Positions 23,250 to 35,323 of a DNA stretch of 64,000 nt are shown piece after piece. Below the pieces are notes generated by a model that was given only the letters and a program-made list of their open reading frames with translations, was not told the DNA's origin and ran no database searches. Origin of the DNA: Mayamaea pseudoterrestris. Taxonomy: Eukaryota. Position 1 is the first letter of the stretch; the number at the start of each line of letters is the position of its first letter. The stretch lies in NCBI GenBank assembly GCA_027923505.1, contig BROI01000003.1, positions 620,001 through 684,000 of the forward strand, written 5' to 3'. Both the position numbers and the translations under genes were made by a program.

Positions 23250-25691
23250 ATGGCTTCAGGAGCTAGTAATAGCAACAACAATGGAAGAGCGCCTTATCCT
23301 CCGAGGGTTTCGACTCGCTCGCGGACTGTCCGCAACAGCATCGAAGGCGGCAGCATGATGATGACAATGGACGACGCTTCGCCCTCCTCTGCTCACAGCC
23401 CCTTTGTCCAAGGCCTACTTCGATACTCGCCAAACAATAGCACCGTCTGGTCGCCAAACAATAGCAGATTAGCATCTTCGAGACAGCTGCCAAGAACTAG
23501 ATTCTTTGAAAGCAACATAAATTCTACTCCATTGGATGAAAAGAATTTTACAAGCAGTAACAATAATACGGACAACGGAGGGAGCACGACGGATACGCAA
23601 GTCCATGACACGTCGGAGATTGATGGCATTCCAATCAAGCATCTTCGTAAACTTGCAACGCTAGAGCTCCTTCAGTCTCCTTCACAAGCTTCCTTTTACG
23701 CGTCCATTCTACATTCCAAAACACACAGCGCTGACGACGCCTTGTTACTTGCCCAAGCTCACTTTGCAAACACAAAATTTACTTCATGTCTACGCATTTT
23801 GGAGGAATCAATGATACTGCAATCAGATTATCCATGGGAAGGACTGGCTCTTGCCTGCCATGCGCTTGCGGCAACGGATGACTGGACGGCACTTGCCGAA
23901 GTGGTCGAGCATGGATGTCGCCTTGCAGCCGACGAAAACCTGCATGCGACTGCTCCCAGTTTATTTGCTCGACTTGGTCCGTCACAGCCTATAGAAGATC
24001 ACGATGAGATTGGATGGAGTGCACTTCACGATGAAATTTCCAAGCATCCTTCGTTCCGCAGCTCATCCAGCGGCGTTTCTTTGATTCACCCACTAGCGCG
24101 CATTTTGTACTGGCGTGGACAAGCCTATCACGCAACAGGACACTTTCCGAGAGCCGCACTTTACTGGAAGCGATCATTAAAGATGGATTGCCAGTGTCAG
24201 CAAGCATGGGAAGCTTTGCTGTCGCACAATCTAATTATTCCTGCCGAAGCATACGCGTTGATTCAGGAAGTTGATTTTAGCAGCAACAATATGGAGTGGC
24301 TGCGATCTCTGTACTTGGCAAGGATTGAGCTGACACCGCAGGATGCGTCGTTGGAGCAGGAAGGATACGATGAGGATAAGGACCGCGCACTCCCAACGGA
24401 CTCACTGTTATGGGACACATCGTCCATTCAAATGTCCTCGCCCGTTCCACATTTTCAGTTTGGTCCGGCCGATCCAAGTCCAATGGCTGGAACGACTCGA
24501 ATGCAGGCTGATCCGACAAGCAATCTTCGTACAATCAATAATAACAAGGCAATTCACCCGCAGCAAGTTACGCCAGCTATTCTTGTCGATGTTGACCAAG
24601 CTTTTGATAATTTGTGGAACGTTTACAAACTTCAGCAGTCGCCGCAAGTATTGGCCATGGCAGCTCGTCGGGCCTATCGTCGATACGATTGGAAGCAAGC
24701 ACTGACTTATTGCGAAGAATTGGATCAGATTGACCCAGTAATGACGGAAGCTGCCTACTGCTACATTGCTACTTTAATTTTGCTTGGACATAAGCGAACC
24801 CTATTTAGATTGGCGCACGCTTGGGTCGCAGCATCGCCGCGATCGGCCCAAGCTTGGTTCGCCGTTGGCGCCTACTACTATTGCTGCGAGCGCTACCACG
24901 TGGCACAACGGCACTTTTGTCGGGCGACGCGGCTGGATCCACAATGCACCGAAGCTTGGATCGCGTTTGGATGCTCATTCGCCGCCTGCGACGAGTCGGA
25001 TCAGGCGCTGGCATCTTTTCGCGCGGCGCAGCGACTCTCTCCAGGAGAGCACACATCGCTCTTGTACATGGGCATTGAGTATACTCGTACAAATCATTTA
25101 GTCTTGTCTGGGTACTTTTTGAACGCGGCACTCAAGTCGAGCGGAGGCGATCCCCTCTGTTTACACGAACTTGGCGTTTTGGATTTTCAAAAGAAGGATT
25201 ACACGCAGTCAATTCAATGGTACCATCGAGCGCTGTCGGCCTTGTTGAGACTCGAGTCGATTCACGATTGCATCGACCGTTGCCATGATCCGTATTGGGA
25301 ACCGACAGTCTTTAATCTTGGACATGCCTATCGCAAGACTCGACAATTTGACTTGGCACTCGCATGCTTCCAACGATGTGTCGCCCTCTGTCCCGCTAAG
25401 CATTCCGCCTACTCGGCTCTTGGCTTTACCAAGCACCTTATGGAAGACGTGGATGGAGCGATTGTTTGCTACCACCAGGCACTTAGCTGCAAACCTGACG
25501 ACCCGTTTAGTACGGAAATGCTGAACCGCGCGCTCCGCGACGCCTTGGACATGGGCGGCATGCTCGATGGGGTCTTGAACGAATCACAGCACGACGAACC
25601 TTTTGGTCTACAGTGGGCAGGAACGACAAACGAGAGTGCCATAATCGAAGCGACAATGGATCAGAGCGATGATACCATGATGTCGCCATGA
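23250..25691 (+). CDS. CDC16: Anaphase-promoting complex subunit 6 (TPR protein)
   Basis: AWFAVGAYY, AWIAFGCSFA..ESDQA, LYMGIEY, DPLCLHELGV, WEPTVFNLGHAYRK, HQALSCKPDD. Confidence 0.93.
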   Translation: MASGASNSNNNGRAPYPPRVSTRSRTVRNSIEGGSMMMTMDDASPSSAHSPFVQGLLRYSPNNSTVWSPNNSRLASSRQLPRTRFFESNINSTPLDEKNFTSSNNNTDNGGSTTDTQVHDTSEIDGIPIKHLRKLATLELLQSPSQASFYASILHSKTHSADDALLLAQAHFANTKFTSCLRILEESMILQSDYPWEGLALACHALAATDDWTALAEVVEHGCRLAADENLHATAPSLFARLGPSQPIEDHDEIGWSALHDEISKHPSFRSSSSGVSLIHPLARILYWRGQAYHATGHFPRAALYWKRSLKMDCQCQQAWEALLSHNLIIPAEAYALIQEVDFSSNNMEWLRSLYLARIELTPQDASLEQEGYDEDKDRALPTDSLLWDTSSIQMSSPVPHFQFGPADPSPMAGTTRMQADPTSNLRTINNNKAIHPQQVTPAILVDVDQAFDNLWNVYKLQQSPQVLAMAARRAYRRYDWKQALTYCEELDQIDPVMTEAAYCYIATLILLGHKRTLFRLAHAWVAASPRSAQAWFAVGAYYYCCERYHVAQRHFCRATRLDPQCTEAWIAFGCSFAACDESDQALASFRAAQRLSPGEHTSLLYMGIEYTRTNHLVLSGYFLNAALKSSGGDPLCLHELGVLDFQKKDYTQSIQWYHRALSALLRLESIHDCIDRCHDPYWEPTVFNLGHAYRKTRQFDLALACFQRCVALCPAKHSAYSALGFTKHLMEDVDGAIVCYHQALSCKPDDPFSTEMLNRALRDALDMGGMLDGVLNESQHDEPFGLQWAGTTNESAIIEATMDQSDDTMMSP

Positions 25692-26334
25692 CGCGTTGGA
25701 GTACTTTTGAACGATGTCGCAATTAAAGTGCGCTGACAACTTGCTCGGAAACACGTGTCATCGCAGTTAATATTGCTTTTGTTTTACTGAAATGAGCTAT
25801 AATTTATTTTATTTTTGTGATTGAGGAATTTGACTTGCTTGGCAAGGGCGGCCGCGAGCGCGAATCTCGTCTGCTGAAGTTTGCAGTCTGTCAATTAGCC
25901 GCTGTCCAAAGAAACTTTTCTGTATCCTCGTAGCATGTCGATGGAGGTTGCTTGAATTCACGACTTGGCAGTTTGGCCATGAGTATGGATATTGGTACAC
26001 CATAGACTCCATCTTCAAGTTGCTGGAGAAGTGTATCATGCTCTTCGTTTCGAATTGCCGCTCCAGAAGATCCATTGGCACTTTCATGCTCGGAGCTTCC
26101 AAGGTCGAGCGACAGAGAGTTGTTCATTAAAGCCGTTCCTCTCGAGAATGTTAGGTTTAGGAAGAATCCTGGTTTCGTGCCGCTTACGGTAGGCGATACG
26201 CTGTTCTTCATGGTCATGATGGATAGTTTGGTCGTGGTTCTAAACACTGACACTGACAAGTTGTTACAAGATGGCATTGCGGAAATAGGCCCAAGATCGG
26301 CATGAACTACCCACAAATTAGGCTTATTTAAACA

Positions 26335-26502
26335 TGACGCAGTTATCACTGGCACTCGTTTCGTATTATTGCCTTTTGACGCAGTTTTCACTGGCACTCG
26401 TTTCACGATATTGCCTTGTGACGCAGTTTTCACTGGCACTCGTTTCGTATTATAGCCTGATGACGCAGTTTTCACTGGCACTCGTTTCGTACTATTGCCT
26501 TT
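26335..26502 (+). repeat. Tandem array of four 42-bp units
   Basis: Cores start at 26335, 26377, 26419, 26461 (period exactly 42). Confidence 0.97.
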
Positions 26503-26622
26503 CAGAAGCTCAAAAGCGTTGCGATGAGCGTCGATGGCGTTCACGGGCAAGCTGCTTGCAAGAGTCCCCATGGAACGAACTGTCCGTCGCATTTCGCATG
26601 TTTGTTGTATTTCCGAGAGTAC

Positions 26623-28935
26623 ATGACTACCATGAGCAATCACTTATATCCATTTGCAAAGAACTACGAGGCCGAAAGAACAAATTCGATGAGTATTGCT
26701 GATGAACCGCGGCCAATACCAGCAATTCCATCGCGCGAAATAATGCAGCAGCGGAGGGCCATTCGCGATACTATGCATCGCGAATCGACGGAGAATAAAA
26801 TAGTTCATCCGCATGACCGCGTAGGTCGCAGTATCTTAACGATTCTTTCCGATCGACAACAAGGCGGTTCTGCTGCAATCACACGACACCGAATGGCAAA
26901 GCCCGTGTTGCAGCAAACCCTGCGCAAGACTGGCGCAAACTCTCCGTCGACTGTCTGCGAATTGAGTCCTTCTATGGATAGTGGCGACAGCCCAAGACAT
27001 GTGCAGCAAGTGCATGCAATACAAGATAATCACGACGCGCAAATCAATCAAGCCAAGGCGTCACTCTATCCTTCAAGATTGACAACACAGCTTGCCTTTT
27101 TCGCCGAGAACTTGTCCTGCATTCAGTACTCTTCAGCCTACTTGAACCACCTTGGAGGTGACGATCAGCACTTGCAAAATGGCCAGCGTCCAGCATCAAG
27201 CAAGGCTGTTTCGACCATTTCCAACGCTTTCTCGCCCGATGCTCTCACCATGGCATCGACGCACGGGGATCACTCCATTAAAATTTCATGCACTGTTACG
27301 GGTCGGTTGCTGCAAACACTACTGGGTCACCCGCGGACACCATGGACGGTCAAATATCATCCTCATAATGCAAATGTCATTGCGTCGGGTTGTTTGGGAC
27401 ATCAGGTCCGAGTTTGGAACTGGAGGCGCAAGCAGTGTCTGCAAATGGTGCGACTCGAGTACGCCATTATTAGCGTTTCGTTCCATCCGTCAGGTAAACT
27501 ACTAGCGATTGCGAATGGAACCAAACTTCATTTCTGGGGTGTTGATGACGACAAGGTTGAGTTTGGACGATCTACCGGAGAAACCTTGGATGCTAGGACG
27601 CTCTTGGCGCGACAACAACAGCAACATCATCGACCTACTGGTTCACATTTGCTCAACGAATTAGATCACCGACACATGCTACGTTGCGTTCATTTCCCTC
27701 CGGACGGACGATCCATTATCATTGGTGGCGTAAATACATCACAGGATGAAACTAGGCGACCAGCTCGACCAATAATGAGCTTTTACTTGCGACTCTGGGA
27801 CTTTGACGTACGCAAGGCATTAATGCTGCCATCGACCGACGTGAATGACGGAGTTGGCTCGCGCATGGTCTTAAAAATGGAAGTTCCAACATCCAACCCT
27901 CGTACGTTCCTTCCTCGAGCGCTCTTGTACAATGACGGGGGATTTGACGTGTCGCCGGACGGGAAGTCGCTCTGCGCTTGCGCTGAGTTTTGGGTGCCTG
28001 ATGGCTTTGATAGCGCCATGGACTTGGTGCGACGAAACGAGGTGCTATATGGCAGTGACTTTGAGCGTTCCGAGATTTTATCAAAAGATGTGGAGACGGG
28101 AGCAATGGTGGCAGCTGCTTTATCAAGGCTAAGGGGAGCCTCGTCACCACTACATGGTCGTTTGTCCGTTCCTCTTACTCCGCCCGCTCATATGCAAGTG
28201 TTGGACTATGTGCCCCAGACACCGCCTTATCCGGCATTACAAGCCACCAATGTTTCTCCTCCGTCCCCGCCTGGTCGAAGGTACGCCGGTGGGCTGGGAC
28301 AAAATCTTGGCATGCAAGTACTCGGGGCTGCAACTCCAATTCCTGCAGAAAGTGAAAATCGTGGGTTTTCGACGCCACCGCCTCCACCTCCTCCAGCTGG
28401 GCCTCCGGTTCATACAGTATTTCGCCCTCCTCATGCTCTATCGATTGTGTCAAAGTCGGGCATTTTGCCAGACACCAAGGGGCGATTTGTTCCGCACGTT
28501 GTCACCATTAGTCTTGATACAAGTCCTGTTCCAGACGGTCGCGATTTTCAAGGCAGCCGGGGGAAGCAGTATGGTGCTGTTGCAAACGGCTACAGCCCGC
28601 GCGTTGGACAAATACTAGAAGCGTGTCCTCTTGAAGCGAACAAGGCGTCGGCTGTCACGTGCGTCAAGTTTTCTCCGTCGACGGACTTTTGTCTCATTGG
28701 ATTTGGTGTGCGGGAGCCATTGATGGATAATGGCACCAATGCAAACTTTCACCCGGTCACGTCGCTCTATCGCATCAAAGGCGGAATGACTCACGTATCA
28801 ACGACTTTGTCGGCAGATGATGACGTGAACATTGCTCGCTTTCATCCAAAGTCTGGCTGTGGATTCGTATATGGAACCAAGCAAGGCCGTGTCCGTGTTG
28901 TCAGTCCTCGGCCTTGGAACTACTACAATTTGTAA
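26623..28935 (+). CDS. AMBRA1-like WD40 repeat protein (start uncertain)
   Basis: ASTHGDHSIKI..LLGHPRTPWTVKYHP..ASGCLGHQVRVW; YNDGGFDVSPDG; VNIARFHP..YGTKQG. Confidence 0.8.
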   Translation: MTTMSNHLYPFAKNYEAERTNSMSIADEPRPIPAIPSREIMQQRRAIRDTMHRESTENKIVHPHDRVGRSILTILSDRQQGGSAAITRHRMAKPVLQQTLRKTGANSPSTVCELSPSMDSGDSPRHVQQVHAIQDNHDAQINQAKASLYPSRLTTQLAFFAENLSCIQYSSAYLNHLGGDDQHLQNGQRPASSKAVSTISNAFSPDALTMASTHGDHSIKISCTVTGRLLQTLLGHPRTPWTVKYHPHNANVIASGCLGHQVRVWNWRRKQCLQMVRLEYAIISVSFHPSGKLLAIANGTKLHFWGVDDDKVEFGRSTGETLDARTLLARQQQQHHRPTGSHLLNELDHRHMLRCVHFPPDGRSIIIGGVNTSQDETRRPARPIMSFYLRLWDFDVRKALMLPSTDVNDGVGSRMVLKMEVPTSNPRTFLPRALLYNDGGFDVSPDGKSLCACAEFWVPDGFDSAMDLVRRNEVLYGSDFERSEILSKDVETGAMVAAALSRLRGASSPLHGRLSVPLTPPAHMQVLDYVPQTPPYPALQATNVSPPSPPGRRYAGGLGQNLGMQVLGAATPIPAESENRGFSTPPPPPPPAGPPVHTVFRPPHALSIVSKSGILPDTKGRFVPHVVTISLDTSPVPDGRDFQGSRGKQYGAVANGYSPRVGQILEACPLEANKASAVTCVKFSPSTDFCLIGFGVREPLMDNGTNANFHPVTSLYRIKGGMTHVSTTLSADDDVNIARFHPKSGCGFVYGTKQGRVRVVSPRPWNYYNL

Positions 28936-29144
28936 CTGTCAGGTATAGTAAGCGTCAAAACCGTAAAAGAAAGCGTAGGGACAGTCTATGCATACGCAAT
29001 TTGCTTGATCAAGTCATAAGTCATATGCGTGCTCGTGAAGCTCGTAATGTATTTCTAAATAATTTAAACTACTTTGATATTGTTGAACCTGTAATGTATT
29101 CCCAACTATTTAAACGCATTACCATCGCGTCTAAAAGGTTCCAA

Positions 29145-30332
29145 TCATTCGCCTCTATCGACTACCGGCACGTCCAGCTGTGTGTCTCCATGGGCTGGTT
29201 CCGTGCCATCCTTGTCGCTAGCGTCAACTCCAATCTCATAATCATCCGTTTCAATACTTTTCGCAACGCTCTTACTAAGGTCTTTCGAATCTCCAGCAGC
29301 AGCGCGAGGATAAACAATACAGAGGATGATTTGCACAGCTCCCAGTAAAGCTCCAAGCGAATTGGGTATCGCAATGAACCAATCCACCACGGCGAACCCA
29401 AAAGCTGCCCAAAATAAGCCATTGCTAAACATGGTGTACATTGTCATGGGGTGAATGGACGAACAGGAGCGAGTCTTAATTACCGTGAAAATAGTTGACA
29501 GCGGCGCTCCGTAGAAGAAGACAAGGTTCAGATTCACTGCAATACCAATCACCAGCTCTTTGGGACATTGAACCAAGCAAATAATGCATAAGAGTGTAGT
29601 CCAAATCATTGTTAGAAACATGATGATTGTCTTGTGAGTGACCGGAGGCTTTGTATTAAGAGCGGCAACGTCCCAAACAATTTTGGCATAGTCAAATGGA
29701 GATGCAAGTTCATTGGCTTCATCGACCTTTACGCCAGAATTCGAGTCTCGAAGGGCCAAAACTATGGATCTCCGTATTTCGACTGATTGATAGTCGGCGT
29801 ATTTAAGTTCCAAAGCAACCATGTTGAGCCATACGGAAAGGACTAGAGCGAAAACGTTGCCAAAGAAGACGAAAAGATTGTTTATAAGAATAGCGTATGT
29901 GACCCAACCCAAGCAGTTGAACAGCATGAATGCCCATGGAGTCGGATTCAAGTCTCCTAACTTTCCAGCTAATGCAGCGCGCTGCAAATTGACAAATGAC
30001 AAAGGTGAGCAACGGATGGATACATTTAAGGTTGGTGAGCTTATGACGCCGTCCAGCGGTGCGAAAGTGCTGCACTCACAAGAGTCACGTACTTTTACGT
30101 CTCGATATGGAGCTGAAAACATGACATTAGCCATTATCATTCCCGCCGCTGTTATACATGATGAATTGGTGAGCGATTTGTTGTTCTGTATTGATCGCTA
30201 CTACTTTGGTACCTCGTGTTGCATCCTGCATCATATGCGTCGGTATTTTGACATTGACAAAATGAAGCGGCAACTGTGGCTCAGCTTACCGGGGCAAAAG
30301 TACTCCAAAATAATCGTTCTTGCTGGTAGCAT
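29145..30332 (-). CDS. SWEET/MtN3 sugar transporter, copy 1 (two introns near the 5' end)
   Basis: MLPARTIILEYFCP|AAGMIMANVMFSAP; LGDLNPTPW..NCLGW; FYGAPLSTI; IPNSLG. Confidence 0.92.
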
Positions 30333-30605
30333 GATTCAGTCGCCGTATCTATATAGTCTTACTGTTAACTGACAATGCTATGGACTCCGTCGCGTTCAAG
30401 GATGCTGTGCTTCGCGATCGGTCGTGCTGCAGATTCGGAGACGACGATGAGTGAGTACCGGTACGATGTGGCAGAACGTCACGGGGACCGGAGACTAAAA
30501 TGGGGGTTCGAGTCCCGATGACTCGTATATTTGCAGTTAACAGCAATGTACATCAAAAGCTGACTTTATTTACAGATATTTACAGATTACCTTGTCGTCG
30601 GTAGT

Positions 30606-32191
30606 TCAGACACTTTCGTCGCCATTACAAATTGTGTTGGTAGACATGTGGTTGTCCTCAACCATGTTACCTTCACCAACTGACACATGTGCCGAGCAAG
30701 TGTCCTGATGATAGTCAGCTTGCAAAATTTTTGCTGTTAGCTCAGCAGCAAATGGGTTAGCGAAAATGCTGCTGTTTGGTGTGGTTCCTTGGTCGTTAAA
30801 GCTTTCCACATCATTAATATCTTCGACAAAGAACTCAATCTCGTCAGACTCCTCTCCACTGCTCGAGTCGTTCTGCTCTGAGCTCTTGTCGGAATCTTGA
30901 TCTGTGCTCACCGATGGCATGCTGGCCGTACCTTCGTCACTATTTCTTTGATCAGTTGCATCATCTTTCTCCTTGTGGTAGCTGCCCTTTTCAACGTCGT
31001 CCATGCCTTCCACAAAAAACTCTAGGTGCGCTGTCACAGACCCATTCTCCGAAAAGTAAAAGTCGATTTGTTCCGGGCTATTGTCAGCTCGACCGTCAGT
31101 CTTTGTACATGCGGCGGAACGCTCCACACTAGCGGAAGGCTTTCTTGGGTAAATGACGCAAAAGACAATTTGCACCGCACATAGCATGGCTCCAAGGAGA
31201 TTCGGAATGGCGATGAACCAATCAACCATTGCAAACCCAAAGGCGGACCAAAAGAAACCGTTAAAAAATGTGGTATAGAGCGTTGCAGGATGAATGCTTG
31301 CGCAGGATCGCGTCTTGATCATGATGAAAATGGTAGACAACGGTGCGCCGTAGAAAAATACCAGATTGAGGTTCACAGCAACACCAACAATGAGTTCACG
31401 CGTATAGGGCGTGCAGGAGCGAGCCAATAGAATGACGCAAAACACCACTGTCCAAAGTACAGTAAGGAACATGATAATGGTCTTGTGTGCGACGGGAGCC
31501 TTGGTGTTGAGCGAGGCAATCTCCCAAACGATCTTGGCATAGTCGAGCGGAGTCTTGGAGTGATCACTCGAATCAAGAGTCACCTTCTTTCTTGCTTCGC
31601 GATGTGTATCTTGCAGCACCAGTACAATGTTCCGTCGAATCTCGGTAATCTTGTGATCGGCATACTGCAGCTCCAACGCAATCATGTTGAGCCACACCGA
31701 GACAATGAGCGGAATGACATTTCCGAAGAAGACAAAGCGGTTATCGATAAGGACAGCGTAGGTCAACCAGCCAAGACAGTTGAAAAACATAAATGCCCAT
31801 GGTGTTGGATTCAGATCACCAAGGCGGCCTTCGGAAGCAGCTCGCTATTTCGAGTTGACAAAGAGGAGAGCATGAGTGAGACAGCTTCGGAACGTTGAGT
31901 GTAATTGTGTAATGCAAAGGTCATCGTTTAAGGTACATGGGACAACTGGAAACACACTCACCTTGACGTCTCGATAGGGAGCTGTATACATAATGTTTGC
32001 CACCAACACACCGGCAGCTGAAGGAAGGGTGAAGGAAGCAGCGTGAGTCAATTGAGGGACGACTGCATGGAAAAAGTGAGCGTCGATGGACCAAAAAGTG
32101 GATCTGCCGCGAGCCGCGAGTAGAACCTGCCAAATGACACACACATACCTGGAAAAAGATATTCGAGAACGATAATCTTGGCTGGCAACAT
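30606..32191 (-). CDS. SWEET/MtN3 sugar transporter, copy 2, with long acidic C-terminal tail
   Basis: MLPAKIIVLEYLFP|AAGVLVANIMYTAP; NCLGW; FYGAPLSTI; IPNLLG; same intron positions as copy 1. Confidence 0.92.
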
Positions 32192-32880
32192 TGCGGCTTC
32201 TTCTCTCGTTTCAAAGCTGAGAGTCTTGTCGTTTTATGACCGAGAGAAATGGCGATGATTGCAGTCGGCGTCGATTTGCCCTTCCGGCCGCATGATCGGA
32301 CGCAAAAGCGCCTCCTTTGCGGAGCGCCTGAATCCAACTTGATTCGCACGAATCGGTTAGAAAGCCCCATAATAGAACCATGCAAGCCCTCTGCAAGGAT
32401 TCGCTGAAATATGGCAGGGCAAATAAGAATTTGTGGCGCTAATCATTGAGTTGGTCGTCACTCTGGGCCTCAATAAAAACGGCATGAAGGGTTCATGAGG
32501 GGCTCACAGACCAATGACGTTGTGTTCAGCCAATCGAATAAGTTGATTCCACTGACGCAGCTTACTCACTTGCTAGCTCATTCTTGTGGCAATTGGGAGA
32601 CGCCAGTTTTCTTCAATATAGTCAGTCGTTTTCAATAGGGCAGCAGGAAAAACTACGCCAGTCTTCCAAAATTGCCACTCCTTGTCGACGATGTTGCCAC
32701 AGATGTGGTGTCATTACGGTAGCTAATCTGTTGCCTTGATTAACTGCGAACACATTGGGAATACGAACATCTAAGACTGGCCGGGTTTCGTCGCAACCGT
32801 CAGTCACGATACGACACCTGGTTGCCACCAAGCAATCTCTCATTATTTCTCATCATGGAATTTTTGCTTTCCGCAACGCC

Positions 32881-33846
32881 ATGACACCGTCCTTGTCTCT
32901 TGCTTCGTGTCGCCTGTCGCGCGTATGTAGACAAAGGATATCGCATAGTTGCGTCCATTGGGAGCATTCTCGGAGGTTCGCGACAGCTTCGACACTTGAT
33001 GGAAATGACATTGAATCATCATTGTCGTCTGCCGCGACCGAGAGTCCCATTCAACCACGCAAATCCACAATGATGAAGATCAAACGACCAGCTCGTGTAA
33101 CTAATCCAGAACTGTTTGAGAAGAAAACTATAATTACCACCATTGCGGAACAGTTGCAGGCGGCCGGCGAAGTTGTTGCATCGAGCTCTTGGATCATGAT
33201 CGAAAACATTCCGCCAATATCTTCCCTCCATAACATGCTAGCAGGAATTGAAGACGCTCTGATCAGTCAGCAAGAACGACGAGGAATTTTGGATCTCGAT
33301 GCTGTTTGGAGCGCTAGTCAACAAAGCGACTCAAATCCTCCAATCATTGACATTCCGCAGGGAGACGTTCGCTGCGTTGTTGATAAAGCCCTTGTGGTGT
33401 TATCGCCATTTGGTCGTCCCACCGGATGGAAGATTCGCTTAGCAAATCGGTCTTTGGTGCATGCTCTGCTCCTGCAGCATGTGGATGATCCCATCAAGTG
33501 CGCCTGGAAGGAGGTTCGTATGCGCGAGTGGCAACCAGACGCTGACGATGACGCTTCCGTCTCGCCGCAAATTACAAACGCCACGCTCCGAGTGGAGGGA
33601 TATCCGCACCATATGTCGAGCCTTTTACTTATGAACATGTTTAGTCGATTTGACTTGGACGAGACTCGTAAACGAAGCATTGAGCCATGGCTGGAGAAAA
33701 CTGACGATTTCAAGTCTGCGTCAGCCACTTGGTTGGTCCATTTCGCGGATGCATCATGGGCTCGGGCAGCTTTGCGTGAAAAGCAGGGGACAGTCATTAA
33801 AGGAAACGCGCTGATGCTATCGCCGTATCCGGAGCAAATTGTTTAA
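32881..33846 (+). CDS. Hypothetical protein, mitochondrial-type presequence, C-terminal RRM-like domain
   Basis: R/S-rich N terminus; TLRVEGYP..FSRF..WLVHFADASWARAALREKQG. Confidence 0.65.
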   Translation: MTPSLSLASCRLSRVCRQRISHSCVHWEHSRRFATASTLDGNDIESSLSSAATESPIQPRKSTMMKIKRPARVTNPELFEKKTIITTIAEQLQAAGEVVASSSWIMIENIPPISSLHNMLAGIEDALISQQERRGILDLDAVWSASQQSDSNPPIIDIPQGDVRCVVDKALVVLSPFGRPTGWKIRLANRSLVHALLLQHVDDPIKCAWKEVRMREWQPDADDDASVSPQITNATLRVEGYPHHMSSLLLMNMFSRFDLDETRKRSIEPWLEKTDDFKSASATWLVHFADASWARAALREKQGTVIKGNALMLSPYPEQIV

Positions 33847-34232
33847 AAGCCAAATGCGTTCATTACGAGACAGATACGTAAGTGCTGAAATTGACGGTTC
33901 GCACGTAGCATATCATCCTATAGAACTAAATGTAAACTATATAATCGTATCAAATTACGTACTTAGAGTAGCTGTACATTAAACTTATTCTACGGACAAG
34001 TTCACGATAGATATAATACTGCGTACATAGCTGACCAAATGGGCCCAAATCGACAATGGGTCATTGTACGGTCATTTTGGTCACACCGAAAATGTCTCCG
34101 ACGCCCGCGACTCATCGCCATGCTCTCCTTTCGAGCAGATCACCGCATTCCTCGATTGCTATTCGAGCATGAGTATTGCAAAACGATCAAGGATATAAAT
34201 ACTTGCCGATAGGTTGCCAATTGTCGATCAGA

Positions 34233-35323
34233 ATGCCTTCGCTGTCGTCGCTGACTCCTTCCGACTTGGAAGAACCCTTGCTGCCAATCTTTCTCGATCG
34301 AGCCGAAGTATGCGAGAAACTCTCCATTCTGCGGCTTCAAGAAGAATCAACTTATAAAGTCAAGGATTACTTGGCCGAGACTTCGAAAGAACGCAAAAAG
34401 GTGACAAAACCTGTCGACGCTGATTGTCGGGTAAAAATGTGCGAGTGGTGCTATCAAGTGGTACGTCGTTTATAAATGACTTTGTTGCGACCAGGACGAA
34501 TAGATTGGCATTTGTTGAGTCGAATCTTAAATACTCTTTTTTGTCACGCCAGGTTGATTTTTGCAAATTCCGAAGAGAGACTGTCGGCATTGGCATGTCC
34601 TACTTGGATCGATATCTCTGCACTGCACGGGGGCGCGCAGCACTCTTTAAGCGCAAGGAGTATCAGCTGGCAGCCATGACGGCCCTTTACATTGCCATCA
34701 AACTACACGAGCCGCTTGAAATGGAGACAAGTCTACTGGCAGATCTTAGTCGCGGCTGCTACACGGAGATGGAGTTCGTAGAAATGGAACAAATTATGCT
34801 AACGGCGCTCAAATGGCGCATGAATGGACCAACAGCCTTGCAATTTGCCCAACATTTCCTTACCTTTTTGCCAGATGCGCTATCAGAGTCTGTCAATGAA
34901 GCCATTTTTGACTACACTAGATATCAGATTGAGCTAGCGATTGCTGATCAGTCGTTCGTTCCGCTGCGTATGTCTGATGTTGGGCTTGCCGCCGTTCTTA
35001 ACGGTATGGAAGGAATCGACGCTACCATGCTACCAGTCAAGATACAAAGCAAGTTTATTCGCAGCATTGAAAGATACTGCGCCGTGAATATGGAAGATGT
35101 GGTGATTATTCAAGCGAAACTGTCTCTGCTGCTTGTAAACATGATGGCTACGGATCTTGCCGACATTGTTGGTCCAGTACTTGAAGCGGCGGATCGTAGC
35201 GCCGCCAGTCACTTGGACATGGCGGACGATGAGGACAATGGACCAGAATATTTTGTAAAAAATGGTCAGATCCTTCGGCGCATCAATACATACAGTCCAG
35301 TGAGCGTGGTCAAGAATCAATAA
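34233..35323 (+). CDS. Cyclin (diatom-specific cyclin-like; intron 34461-34552)
   Basis: Cyclin box RVKMCEWCYQV|VDFCKFRRETVGIGMSYLDRYL..YQLAAMTALYIAIK..EMEQIMLTALKWRMNGPT. Confidence 0.93.

Noticed and set aside
25891..26643. 250-aa minus-strand ORF with TKRVPVKTAS repeats (similar ORFs at 47036-47498)
   Set aside because: Peptide repeats are translations of the 42-bp DNA repeat; a short gene at ~25891-26220 cannot be excluded but has no recognisable motif
30452..30535. tRNA-like sequence (GGTTCGAGTCCC T-loop/B-box)
   Set aside because: T-stem pairs only 3 bp and I could not build convincing acceptor, D or anticodon stems; tRNAscan-SE would settle it
32553..32573. Possible degenerate copy of the 42-bp core (TGACGCAGCTTACTCACTTGC)
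   Set aside because: Only the first 8 bases match exactly; compatible with chance
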